Notes under the pieces: generated by a model | What the model saw: only the letters and a program-made list of their open reading frames with translations | What the model was told of the DNA's origin: nothing | Databases searched by the model: none | Source of the DNA: Octopus vulgaris | Taxonomy: Eukaryota | DNA: 64,000 nucleotides | Direction of reading: 5' to 3' | Assembly (NCBI GenBank): GCA_951406725.2 | Contig: CATOCA020000001.1 | Coordinates: forward strand, 8,990,001 to 9,054,000 | Shown here: positions 1 through 13,674 of the stretch, piece by piece | How positions within the stretch are numbered: position 1 is the stretch's first letter | Layout: each line of letters opens with the position of its first letter | Position numbers and translations under genes: made by a program

Positions 1-524
<524 letters not shown>

Positions 525-526
<2 letters not shown>

Positions 527-2212
527 GCTTCTATACGTATTGACTCTTGAGCCACTACTGCGGAAGCTGGCGACTCTAAGGGGCATCCCGCGAGAATTGG
601 GATGCGGGACGAGCGTGTCTGCATACGCGGACGACGTCACCGTCATAGTGTCACGCCACGAGCACATCGAGCTGGTCGGTGAGACACTGAAAAACTACGA
701 AGCGGTGACAGGAGCGAAAATCAACCGGGAAAAGTCAGTGGGCTTGCGACTAGGCACCTGGAGAAGCAAGCCCATGCCGTCCACCAGCGCCTCCGTCGTG
801 GGACGCTGGACCGACGGCCCGGTTGAGTTGCTCGGGGTCTGGTTTGGTCCGGACCTCCAAGTGGAGAAGAACTGGAACGAGATAACGAGTAGGGTGGTCA
901 CTCTCGCCCGGCAATGGGCCGAGAGGAAACTGTCCCTAAAAGGTCGAGCGGAGGTGGCGAACACGTACATCGCGTCCGTCATCTACTACCGCCTGACCGT
1001 CGTACCTTGTCCCGACCCTACCATCACCAAACTACAACGCATCCTCTTTCGCTTCTGTGGAAAGGATGCGTCCCGATGGTCAGGCGATCCATTTGCTGTC
1101 AACACCCGTTAAAAGGAGGGCTGGGCATGCCGTGGTTGATGATGCGCAGACACGCGCTGAGACTGCGACATCTCTGGCTCTATGTAGACGACGGTGAACA
1201 GGTGTGGTCGCCGTTTGTGAGGCACGCTTTCCCGCAGCTCGTCTCCATGACCGAACTGCAGTCGTGGATCAAAAAGAGGCCGAGGAAGGGCGAATGGCAC
1301 CGCGAGTGTCGCGTTGCTCTCAAGCAACTCTGCCGTCCTGGGTCGACCTTAAGTGACTTCAACACAACCAAAGCATTCTATAGGGGTTTAGTGGAGGGGA
1401 GGTACGACGACGAGCTCGGGGCGAACCTGGACGTCGACGAGGAGTACCTGACCCGCCTGTTCAGGACGACTTTCGGGCCAGGGCCCATGGACAACTTCCA
1501 GAGATCCCTGGCCTGGCAGTGCTACCGAGAAGCGCTACCCGTTCGGGATAAGCTCTACAGACACGGCTCGAGAAACACGGGGCCGACCTGCCCGAGATGC
1601 GGTCAGAGCGACGAAACCGTTCTGCACGCACTCGTTCAGTGTCCAACAATTTCCGACCTGTGGGCTTATGTCGAACAACAACTGCTGTCACGTGTGGGAC
1701 GAGTCGGTTTATCAGCTGAGTCTATCGTCAATATTGTCACGCCTCCTTCCTTCAAACGGGAAGGAAGAGCTATTTTCATCATCCTTGTGGCTATGGCGAA
1801 AGAATGTATCTGGTGGACGCGTCTGAAAGGATTGGAGACAAACACTTTCCTCTCTGGTCAATCTCTCATCAACTTCTTCAAGTACCACTTGAAAAGGAAA
1901 GTGAGAGTAGAGAGGCAAGTTTTGTCTAGCGAATGTTTTAAAAAAAGATGGGTGAATGTAGCAAGAATGGCACGTATGAATGACGAAGCCACCTTGAGCA
2001 TAGTCCTATGAACCCAGAAATCGAAAACAGAGAGTTGCTTATTTGCAAAAAAAAAAAAAAAAAAAAAAAAAAGAAATATAAAATGTGACTTCATTGACGT
2101 GCGAGGTTACCGTGGTCTTTTCCGTATTTTCTCTTTTCTTCCACGGGTAAACCTCTACCTGTCCTCCCCTTTACACTTCATATTGACATTTCTGTGATAA
2201 CGATCCCTATTG

Positions 2213-2244
<32 letters not shown>

Positions 2245-2420
2245 CCTCTCCCCCCTTTTTTTAACCCCCTTTTTTTTGTCCTCCTTCTCTCCTTTTACGA
2301 TCCCTTTTGATCGAAACTCCCCCTTACTTTTTTTTTTTTTTTTTTTAAACATTCAAAAGAAAAGCTCTACCTTGTAATTTGTTCTATCTGTGTGCAGCCC
2401 TGTGTGGCTAATAAAGAAAC
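525..2420 (+). mobile_element. 5'-truncated Tx1/L1-clade non-LTR retrotransposon, copy 1 (RT C-terminal half, zinc finger, 3' UTR)
   Basis: ORF 540-1112 has the RT motif [11 protein letters not shown] 914-2011 has GGLG and the zinc finger CPRCGQSDETVLHALVQCP. There is a 1-nt deletion near 1056 relative to copy 2. The 3' end ...GGCTAATAAAGAAAC is shared with copy 2. Confidence 0.92.
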
Positions 2421-2832
<412 letters not shown>

Positions 2833-2837
<5 letters not shown>

Positions 2838-3021
2838 CGATCAGTCGAAGTTGACTCTCGGTTACTCGTTGGATCAGTGTCCCCCAGGCAGTTCTATCCT
2901 GGGTCGCTTCTTTCAGGTTGGCTATGTCCACTCCTGTGTCACTCTTGATGGTGTCAAGCCAACGGGTTCTTGGTCGGCCCCTGTTGCCACTGACCATTCC
3001 GAGCATGATGTCCTTCTCCAG
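2833..3021 (-). mobile_element. 3' end of an RTE-clade (BovB-like) LINE
   Basis: Manual translation of the minus strand gives [62 protein letters not shown], the typical RTE/BovB C-terminus. Confidence 0.85.
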
Positions 3022-3029
3022 GAATTTTC

Positions 3030-3351
<322 letters not shown>

Positions 3352-3769
3352 GGTAAATTATATGGCACAATAAGTGTAGCGTCCTAGCTATCGAGGTTCG
3401 GGTGTATGACTGTGTGTGTGGGCAAAACTTGAAAAAATTGTACCTCCAGGGGCTGGCTAAATACGCGGTGAAGATACTGACGAATTTTTTTTTCAGAAAA
3501 TGGATTGGTGCCTTTTTACTTTTTGTATATTTTTTATATTTATTAAAATTTTTATGTATTTTTTTTTTCTCAGTTTCGGCGCACCGATGTCTCATATGGG
3601 TCCGGGGCGTGGAGTTTTTGTGAAGATAACAGAAGCAGGCATATTTTGAGCTGAAATGTCTTCCACATCTACTTTTACTTGAATTTTCATTGAACACACG
3701 ATCAACAACAAAAACATAGAAAAACTGGGCACAAAGAATAAGTCCCGGGTCATGCTTGTGTTTCTCGAC

Positions 3770-4743
3770 GCGGTTCGGCAGAGACCGATAGAATAAGTAC
3801 TGGGCTTACAAAGAATAAGTCCCAGGGTCGATGCTGGTGTGTTTACGTCCCCGTCACTTAGCGGTTCGGCAAAAGAGACCGATAGAATCAGTACTGGGCT
3901 TACAAAGAATAAGTCCCGGGGTCGATGCTGGTGTGTTTACGTCCCCGTCACTTAGCGGTTCGGCAAAAGAGAGACCGATAGAATAAGTACTGGACTTACA
4001 AAGAATAAGTCCCAGGGTCGATGCTGGTGTTTACGTCCCCGTCACATAGCGGTTCGGCAAAAGAGACCGATAGAATAACACTGGGCTTACAAAGAATAAG
4101 TCCCAGGGTCGATGCTGGTGTGTTTACGTCCTCCGTCACTTAGCGGTTGGCAAAAGAGACCGATAGAATCAGTACTGGGTTTACAAAGAATAAGTCCCGG
4201 GGTCGATGCTGGTGTGTTTACGTCCCCGTCACTTAGCGGTTCGGCAAAAGAGACCGATAGAATAAGTACTCGACTTACAAAGAATAAGTCCCAGGGTCGA
4301 TGCTGGTGTGTTTACGTCCCCGTCACTTAGCGGTTCGGCAAAAGAGACCGATAGAATAAGTACTGTTTACAAAGAATAAGTCCCAGGGTCGATGCTGGTG
4401 TGTTTACGTCCCCGTCACTTAGCGGTTCGGCAAAAGAGACCGATAGGAATAAGTACTGGGCTTACAAAGAATAAGTCCCAGGGTCGATGCTGGTGTGTTT
4501 ACGTCCCCGTCACTTAGCGGTTCGGCAAAAGAGACCGATAGAATAAGTACTGGGCTAACAAAGAATAAGTCCGGGGTCGATGCTGGTGTGTTTACGTCCC
4601 TGTCACTTAGCGGTTCGGCAAAAGAGACCGACAGAATAAGTACTGGGCCAATAAAGAATAAGTCCCGGGGTCGATTTGCTCGACTAAAAAGGCGGTGCTC
4701 CAGCATGGCCGCAGTCAAATGACTGCTAAAAGAGTAAAAGAGT
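3770..4743 (+). repeat. ~94-bp tandem array (about 10 units) derived from an internal segment of SINE family A, ending in a normal SINE 3' end
   Basis: The motif CAAAGAATAAGTCC recurs at 3809, 3903, 3999, 4090, 4184, 4278, 4370, 4465, 4559 and ~4652. The terminal tail is AAAAGAGTAAAAGAGT. Confidence 0.93.
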
Positions 4744-4756
4744 ATATATATATATA

Positions 4757-4990
4757 AAGCCTTGTGAGTGGATTTGGTAGACGGAAACTGAAGGAAGCCT
4801 GTCTGTATATATGTATATATATATATAAGTGTGTGTGTCCGTGTTTGTCCCCCCTAGCGTTACTTAGCGGTTCGGCAAAGAGAGACCGATAGAATAAGTA
4901 CTGGGCTTACAAAGAATAAGTCCCGGGGTCGATTTGCTCGGCTAAAGGCAGGTGGTGCTCCAGCATGGCCGCAGTGAAATGACTGAAACG
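4757..4990 (+). mobile_element. Partial SINE family A
   Basis: Matches the reverse complement of the 42070-42482 copy (GAGTGGATTTGGTAGACGGAAACTG ... GCATGGCCGCAG). Confidence 0.8.
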
Positions 4991-5237
4991 AATTTTTTTT
5001 TCATTAAAAAAATGGAATTGAAACAGTTTTACGTTTTTTATTGCTTTTTTATTTAATTATTTTTTTTTTTATTTATCGTTTTTTTGGTTTTTTTTTGCAG
5101 TCGACTGCTCTCGATAAAGGGTCCAAGTACTTCCGGGGTCGCGGAGCTTCTTTACTGTGCACCCGAAACAGGACGAAGTCTTTTAAGCTCCACCAATGTT
5201 CCTTCCACATCTACTTTTATTGAATTTTCATTGAAAC

Positions 5238-5283
<46 letters not shown>

Positions 5284-5346
5284 GCACAAAGCTATTTGAA
5301 TTCTCGACGACTCCAGCAATAGCAAGAACACTAAAAAAAAAGCTGC

Positions 5347-5608
5347 AGTGGTTAGGGCAGCGGATTCGTGGTCGGAGGATCGCGGTTTCGATTCCCAGAC
5401 CGGGCGTTGTGTGTGTTTATTGAGCGAAAACACCTAAAAGCTCCACGAGGCTCCGGCAGGGGTCGCTGGCGACCCCTGTTGTACTCTTTCTTCTGTTGGC
5501 CTGCTCGCCTAGCCAGCGGGGTGGCGTCATTCGAAGGCTTAAACAATGCGAAGGGCATTGTGACCAGCGATGTGTAACAACATCTGATAGCCTGGTCGAT
5601 CACGGTGA
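5347..5608 (+). mobile_element. tRNA-derived SINE family B, tail variant 1 (5' end slightly truncated)
   Basis: Shares ~130 bp with 5643-5779, including the B-box-like GGTTTCGATTCC. Ends in (TA)n. Confidence 0.75.
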
Positions 5609-5630
5609 TATATATATATATATATCTTGA

Positions 5631-5926
5631 GGCGCAATGGCTCAGTGGTTAGGGCAGCGGATTCGTGGTCGGAGGATCGCGGTTTCGATTCCCAGACCGG
5701 GCGTTGTGTGTGTTTATTGAGCGAAAACACCTAAAAGCTCCACGAGGCTCCGGCAGGGGTCGGTGGCGACCCCCTGTTCTACTTTTTCGCCCCAACTTTC
5801 TCTCATACTTTCTTCCTGTTTCTTGGGTAACGCAGAGGGTGGGGGAACACATACGCCACAGAAACCGGGAAACCGGGCCCATTAGGGTTAGGGTTAGGCT
5901 AGGCTTGGAAAGGGCGCACAAAAAAA
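5631..5926 (+). mobile_element. tRNA-derived SINE family B, tail variant 2
   Basis: Head GGCGCAATGGCTCAGTGGTTAG (A box TGGCTCAGTGG) and B box GGTTTCGATTCC. Ends in an A-run. Confidence 0.8.
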
Positions 5927-6089
5927 TCAGCAGCAATTGCTATAACAACAACAACAAATGCAAGAACAAGAATTAAGACGATGACAACAGCTTCAATAAT
6001 AATAATTAAAATATTCATCACGGAAAGTGACAACGGAAGAGAGGACGAAAAAACATTGATTTTCCTTCCTTCTTTTACATATATTTTTT

Positions 6090-6742
6090 ACTACCCAGCG
6101 TCCAATTACTCCCTCCACAACACTAATCTCAAAAAGTCTTCTTGTGAACGTGACCTGGGTATTATTGTCGACAGAGATTCGTGTTGGACAAAACACATTG
6201 CTAAAATTGCCAAGAAGCCTGAGGGTGTCTTGGCATCACTCACCAAGTCCTTTGTGAGCCGCTCTCCGACTATCTATCTGCGGCTTTATATAGCTATGGT
6301 AAGATCTCACCTGGAATTTGCATCACCGGTCTGGAACCCCTTTCTTGCCCAGGATATCAATCGTCTTGAAGCCGTTCAGCGATGTGCAACCAAAAGAATA
6401 ACCTCCATCAGGAATTTGCCATATTCTGAACGCCTTACTTCCCTGGGCATGGATACATTGAAACTCCGACGTCTGGCAGCTGACTTGGCAGACACCCATA
6501 AAATTATTAACCATCTTACAAACAATAACTCTGAGCACCTTTTCAAACTCCACCCATCTAACACCCGTGGTCATATTTAGAAAGTCAGAAAACAGCACAG
6601 CTCCCATGACTTCAGGAAACATTTTTTCACGCTGAGAGTTGCTGAAGCATGGAACAAACTGCCGGCATCAGTTGTTAGTTATCGGAGCACTGCATCCTTC
6701 AAAACTTCCATGCTTCCTGAGATTCGCCAACACTACACCTGA
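6090..6742 (+). mobile_element. 3' fragment of a CR1-clade LINE (ORF2 C-terminus, premature stop at 6578-6580)
   Basis: Translation: ERDLGIIVD..RSHLEFASPVWNP..LEAVQR..LPYSERL..LRRLAADL..NTRGH, continuing in frame after the stop as FRKHFFTLRVAEAWNKLP. Confidence 0.9.
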
Positions 6743-8465
6743 TTTTGTCCCTTCCATACACACGCTGAAGCATGGAACAAACTGCCGGCATCAGTTGTTA
6801 GTTATCGGAGCACTGCATCCTTCAAAACTTCCATGTCTTTCTGAGATTCGCCAACACTACACCTGATTTTGTCCCTTCCATACACACGCTGAAGCATGGA
6901 ACAAACTGCCGGCATCAGTTGTTAGTTATCGGAGCACTGCATCCTTCAAAACTTCCATGCTTCCTGAGATTCGCCAACACTACACCTGATTTTCTCCCAT
7001 CCATACACACACAAGCATGGAACAAACTGCCGGCATCAGTTGTTAGTTGTCGGAGCACTGCATCCTTCAAAACTTCCATGCTTCTTGAGATTAGCCAACA
7101 CTACACCTGATCTTCTCCCCTCCATACACACGCTGAAGCATGGAACAAACTGCCGGTATCAGTTGTTAGTTGTCGGAGCACTGCATCCTTCAAAACTTCC
7201 ATGCTTCCTGAGATTCGCCAACACTACACCTGATTTTCTCCCATCCATACACACACAAGCATGGAACAAACTGCCGGCATCAGTTGTTAGTTGTCGGAGC
7301 ACTGCATCCTTCAAAACTTCCATGCTTCTTGAGATTAGCCAACACTACACCTGATCTTCTCCCCTCCATACACACGCTGAAGCATGGAACAAACTGCCGG
7401 TATCAGTTGTTAGTTGTCGGAGCACTGCATCCTTCAAAACTTCCATGCTTCCTGAGATTCGCCAACACTACACCTGATTTTCTCCCATCCATACACACAC
7501 AAGCATGGAACAAACTGCCGGCATCAGTTTTTAGTTGTCGGAGCACTGCATCCTTCAAAACTTCCATGCTTCTTGAGATTAGCCAACACTACACCTGATT
7601 TTCTCCCATCCATACACACACAAGCATGGAACAAACTGCCGGCATCAGTTGTTAGTTGTCGGAGCACTGCATCCTTCAAAACTTCCATGCTTCTTGAGAT
7701 TAGCCAACACTACACCTGATCTTCTCCCCTCCATACACACGCTGAAGCATGGAACAAACTGCCGGTATCAGTTGTTAGTTGTCGGAGCACTGCATCCTTC
7801 AAAACTTCCATGCTTCCTGAGATTCGCCAACACTACACCTGATTTTCTCCCATCCATACACACACAAGCATGGAACAAACTGCCGGCATCAGTTGTTAGT
7901 TGTCGGAGCACTGCATCCTTCAAAACTTCCATGCTTCTTGAGATCCTAGATTAGCCAACACTACACCTGATCTTCTCCCCTCCATACACACGCTGAAGCA
8001 TGGAACAAACTGCCGGTATCAGTTGTTAGTTGTCGGAGCACTGCATCCTTCAAAACTTCCATGCTTCCTGAGATTCGCCAACACTACACCTGATTTTCTC
8101 CCATCCATACACACACAAGCATGGAACAAACTGCCGGCATCAGTTGTTAGTTGTCGGAGCACTGCATCCTTCAAAACTTCCATGCTTCTTGAGATTAGCC
8201 AACACTACACCTGATCTTCTCCCCTCCATACACACGCTGAAGCATGGAACAAACTGCCGGTATCAGTTGTTAGTTGTCGGAGCACTGCATCCTTCAAAAC
8301 TTCCATGCTTCCTGAGATTCGCCAACACTACACCTGATTTTCTCCCATCCATACACACACAAGCATGGAACAAACTGCCGGCATCAGTTTTTAGTTGTCG
8401 GAGCACTGCATCCTTCAAAACTTCCATGCTTCCTGAGATTCACCAACACTACACCTGATTTTCTC
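6641..8465 (+). repeat. Tandem array of ~15 units of 121-124 bp made from the CR1 3' end, with a 244-bp higher-order dimer
   Basis: GCATGGAACAAACTG recurs 15 times between ~6647 and ~8363. Near-identical ORFs start at 7040 and 7284, 244 bp apart. Confidence 0.95.
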
Positions 8466-8475
8466 CATACCCCCT

Positions 8476-8855
8476 AGACGACGCCGTGGTGATCTCATTC
8501 TCGCTCACAACATCATAAGCGGAAAGTGTAACCTCTCGAAAGAGCTGTTCTTCACTCCTGATCCAGAGCGTAGGTTGCGGGGTCACTCCGAAAAGCTCTA
8601 TCTGCGACGATCTCATCTCAGTCGAAGGAGAGGGTCTTTCTCCGTCCGGGTTGCGGATCCGTGGAACAAGCTTCCGGACGAGATGGTGAAGATGCTGACG
8701 ACCGCTCGGTTCAAAGTCTCCCTTGACCAGAAATGGCCTGAACTCTTTACATGAACACCACCCTGTACATAACTCCATGTCCCCCCTACATGGCCTTGCT
8801 TTTTGCTTTTTGAGCCAAAAATGAACTAACTAACTAACTAACTAATTATCTAACT
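8476..8855 (+). mobile_element. 3' end of a second CR1-clade LINE family with an (AACT)n tail
   Basis: Manual translation gives RRRRGDLILAHNIISG..RLRGHSEKL..SFSVRVADPWNKLPDEMV..FKVSLDQKW, with the stop at 8752-8754 followed by (AACT)n. Confidence 0.85.
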
Positions 8856-9104
8856 AATTACTACTACTACTAGTTACAGCAACATGAGAATCCCTAGGAA
8901 CAACTACCACCAAGACAATACCACTGATAGTACCAGTACTGCAACCAATACAACAAACACTAACAAGATTCCCGGATTTACTGATTTGTTTTATTGTTAA
9001 TTAAAATGAATTTTTTTCTAATTCAATAAAACAATTTTTTTACTAGAAAATGTTTTTTCTTGGTTTTTTTTTTTTTTACTTATTTCTGTGTAGCAATAAA
9101 GTAC

Positions 9105-9309
9105 ATTACGGAGATGTACCTGCATAGCAAGTGACCTGATCTGAGATCGTGTGCTAGAACGAAAATAATTGCAGCGTGGAAGGTGTTTATAAGCGATTTA
9201 AGAAACACACAAAAACCGTTAGATTCGCTTCAACATTTCAATTGAATTTGTTCAAATCTTTTCCTCACTTTCCGACCGTGACCTGTTCACTGACAAAGCT
9301 TCATATGTA

Positions 9310-9346
<37 letters not shown>

Positions 9347-9569
9347 TACGGAGATGTACTTGCATAGCAAGTGACTTGATCTGAGATCGTGTGCTGGAAC
9401 GAAAACAATTGCAGCGTGGAAGGTGTTTATAAGCGATTTAAGAAACACACAAAAACCGTTAGATTCACTTCAACATTTCAATTGAATTTGTTCAAAGATT
9501 TGAACAAATTAAAATGAAATGTTGAAGTGAATCTAACGGTTTTTGTGGGTTTTTTAAATCGCTTATAAA
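9105..9569. repeat. Direct repeat (period 240 bp) whose second copy ends in a 71-bp-arm fold-back palindrome (9426-9569)
   Basis: 9105-9256 matches 9345-9496. Arm 9426-9496 is the reverse complement of 9499-9569 with few mismatches. Confidence 0.9.
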
Positions 9570-9651
9570 ATATAGTACATATGTTGTGTAATGTCTGTAG
9601 TACATAGTTTATGATGTATTTAGTATTTCCAAACAAGAATATTATTGACAG

Positions 9652-9699
<48 letters not shown>

Positions 9700-9866
9700 G
9701 TTTGTATGTCTGTTTATCCCCCCAACACCGCTTGACAACCGGTGCTGGTGTGTTCATGTCCCCGTAACTTAGCGTTTCGTCAAAAGAGAAAATAGATTAA
9801 ATACTAGGCCTACAAAAAATAAGTATTGGGTTCGAATTTCGCGAATAAAGGCGCTGCTGCGGCATG

Positions 9867-9966
<100 letters not shown>

Positions 9967-10634
9967 TTGTAATGTCTGTTTATTTCTCGAACATCGTTGG
10001 ACAACGGGTGCTGGTTTGTACAATTCCCCGAACTTAGCGGTTCGGGAAAAGGGACCGATAGTTTAAATACTAGGCCTACAAAGTATAAGTCCTGGGGTCG
10101 ATTTGCACGAATAAAGGCATTGCTCCACCATGGCCGCAGTCAAATAATTGAAAAATTAAGTGTGTAAAATAGAAAATAACCAGAAAAGTTTATATTCTTT
10201 TAACTACATCAGTAAGGGAGATAACTGAAAATCAACTTTTAGAGTTACTTCCCTTGACATATTGATAAAAGGCATGACAGTTTAAGATGTAGGCGCGTTT
10301 GTTTTTGATGCGAAGGGCACACTTGCATTCGCGCAGGAAGATACAAACATACGCATGCAAATTTTCTGCTGTTCACTTTAACAAATAAACATTATAATTT
10401 ACATTTAATTACACCCGAAAACTATGTAAAGTACTCACCATATCTAGTACTACCCTTTGGACATGATCAGGTTTTTATTTTGTTTTAGATAGTATATATG
10501 CGTATGTGGGTATATACACGTGTATATGTATGAATGCATGCATTTATGTATATAAATATATATATATATATATATGTATTTATATATATATTCATAAATT
10601 TATAATTTTATATATATATATGTAGGTATATACC

Positions 10635-10681
<47 letters not shown>

Positions 10682-10683
<2 letters not shown>

Positions 10684-13674
10684 TCAAAAATGGAAGATAA
10701 AATTCCTGGAGGACTGGATCGATGCCCATCCAAACCACATCCCTTTCTTCGTCCTCACTGAAACCCATCTTAGTGACCTCCACTTGGAAGCCGAGGTGAA
10801 AGTTAAAAATTTCAAAGCCATTCGTGCTGATCGTGCTGGCAGAAGAAAGGGTGGGACTGCCATTTATGTTCATGATTCATTCTCAACAGAAGCTATGAAC
10901 ATATTTTCCAATGGATACTGCGAAGCAGTCGCTATATTCAGTCAAACCAACAACTTAACAGTAGTTGGGCTCTACAGACCACCCCAAACGCCCCTACCAT
11001 GCTTCAAGGAATGCCTCAACAACATAAAGTGTTTCATTCAGCAGTGTCAACCTGACAACATTTTAATGATGGGAGACTTCAACCTTCCCGGGGTTGACTG
11101 GTCTACAAACAGTCTGCCGCCAGGTTCTTCTCTCTCAACCCCTGACAGGGAGGCAGTGGAATCGCTTCTTGACTTCATGGATGATTTCTTCCTGTCCCAA
11201 CTGGTGCTCGAACCAACGAGATGTCACAAAAACGTCTTAGACTTAATTTTCAGCAATCACACTGATACTATCCACAATATTGCAGTGGAGAAAACCCTAC
11301 TCTCCGACCATGACATGGTTCTCTGTGATCTGAGATTTCACCGGCCAAAATGCAAAACAAATGTCATCCCTCCTGTTCATCCATTTGACACTATGGATTT
11401 CCACAATGCAAACTGGGAAGCGATCAATAATGATCTTGCACAAGTCGATTGGTCCTTCACGCACACATACACACCCACTAACATCAAAAAGTCCTGGCAG
11501 TCATTTGTAGACACCATTACGAACATATGTGCAAACCACACCCCATTAAGATCTGCAAACAAATCTAAGTGTCGAATCCCTAGAAATAGAAAATCTCTCA
11601 TCAGGAAAATTAAAAGAATTAACAAAAAAATCAACGAGCTGAAATACTGTCAACAGCAACACACCAACCTGACTGCCATCTCGTCGCTAGAGATTAAAAA
11701 ACATAAACTCCAAAACAACATGATGTCTATCATCAATAGTCAGCGAAGAGCTGAAGAGGCCTGGGCCATTGAGAAGATCAAACTCAATCCCAAAGTATTC
11801 TTTTCATTTGCAAAAAAACACAGAGTCACTGGTTCTACTGTTGGCCCTCTGATTGATGAAAATGGTACTCTTCAAGACAATGCCAAAACCATGGGAGAGA
11901 TATTGCAGAAACAATACTGCTCTGTTTTCAGCAATCCTGATATGACTGATCTGGTCTGTATCAGTGATGTTACTCCCCAATACACTTTATCGGACATAAC
12001 CTTTGGTGCTCCTGATGTCTTAGCAGCAATAAAGGAAATGAAGCATAAATCAGCAGTAGGTCCCGATAGGTTCCCTGCTTGTGTCTTGAAGATGTGTCAA
12101 CACCAACTTGCACCCACTCGAGCCAATCTGTGGCGGAACTCACTGGATGCTGGATATATACCAGAAGACCTATCCCAGTTTGTATTCCCAGTTTTCAAAA
12201 AAGGAAACAAATCGCTTGCCGTGAATTACCGTCCAATCTCACTCACCTCTCATATCATTATGGTATTTGAGAGAGTGCTGAGATCGCGTATGACTCACTT
12301 CCTTGAGAGTCATGATATGCTGAACTCCAACCAGCATGGATTCCGTAATGGAAGGGATTGCCTGACGCAGCTACTGCATCATTTTGATGACGTTTTGAGA
12401 GCCTTGGGAGAGGGTTCCAACACTGATGTCATCTACCTTGATTTCAGCAAGGCCTTTGACAGGTTTGATCATAAGATCCTTTTGAGAAAGCTGTCTAATA
12501 TTGGTGTCACTAGAAAGCTGCTACAGTGGATCAAGTGCTTCCTGTCTAACAGAACCCAACATGTTGTAGTCGAAGGAGTCAAATCCAGCCCAGCCAAAGT
12601 CAGCAGTGGTGTCCCACAAGGCACGGTGTTGGGCCCACTTCTCTTCATCATCTACATAAATGATATTACTGACACCATCAAACACAGTAACATCAGAACC
12701 TTCGCTGATGATTCCAAGCTCCAGAAGGTCATCAATGGCGTGGATGACCGAATAAGCCTTCAGTCAGACCTACTGGCTGTTGTCCAATGGGCGGAAAAGA
12801 ACAACATATTGCTAAACATAGACAAATTCGAACTGATCCACTTTGGAAGGGAGGACGCTCTGAAACTCCCATACTCCCTTCCTTCTGGAGAAATTATCAT
12901 GGCGTCCAACAACATCAGAGATTTGGGAGTAACAGTGGACAGCAACATAAGCTGGGCTACACATATAAGCAGCAAATTTGACATGGCCCGCAGAATGTGT
13001 TCCTGGATTCTCAGAACCTTCCAGTCGAGAGATTCCCACACCATTATCCTTCTCTTCTTCACTTTTGCCCGACCCCCACCTTGAATACTGTTGTCCACTG
13101 TGGTCTCCCTACACGAAACAAAATATTATGAGAATTGAAGCTCCCCAAAGGTCAATCACAAAAAAGGTAGATGGCATGTCAGACCTTGACTACTGGGGTA
13201 GACTAGAGAAGCTGAAACTGTATTCACTCCAACGACGCCGTGAACGCTACATTATCTGTATGATGTGGAAAATATTCCATCAGCACTGTCCGAATGATGT
13301 TGGCATCACCTTCAAAATACATCCAAGGCTTGGACAACGTGCCATCCGTCCACAACAAAAATCTAAATCGCATCACATAACAACAATACGGCACAATTAT
13401 TTCACCTCAATTGGAACCGCTCTCTTCAACATTACACCAGGACACGTCAAAACAGAAACTGACCACACAAAATTCAAGAAGTCTTTGGACAAATTCCTTC
13501 AAACAGTCCCGGACAAACCATCCACACCCGGATATGTCTCCGCAAACAATAACTGTCTGCTCGAATGGGCCTTGGTGCCCAAATCCTGAATTGAAAGACT
13601 TCGCCAGGTGGTGCTATTAAGTTAGACATGGCCTGGGCCAATACTGGCCAAAACCTTTCTAAGTTATTCTAAGT

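Noticed and set aside
5631-5700. Possible tRNA genes (also 32366-32436 and 42410-42482)
   Set aside because: A/B boxes are present but there is no complete acceptor stem, and each continues into a repeat body. Treated as SINE or pLTR heads.
5882-5898. Interstitial telomere (TTAGGG)2-3
   Set aside because: Too short and embedded in a SINE tail; noted only as part of the SINE finding.
6639-8458. Series of repeated 63-104 aa ORFs
   Set aside because: They are by-products of the tandem CR1 3'-end array, not a gene family.
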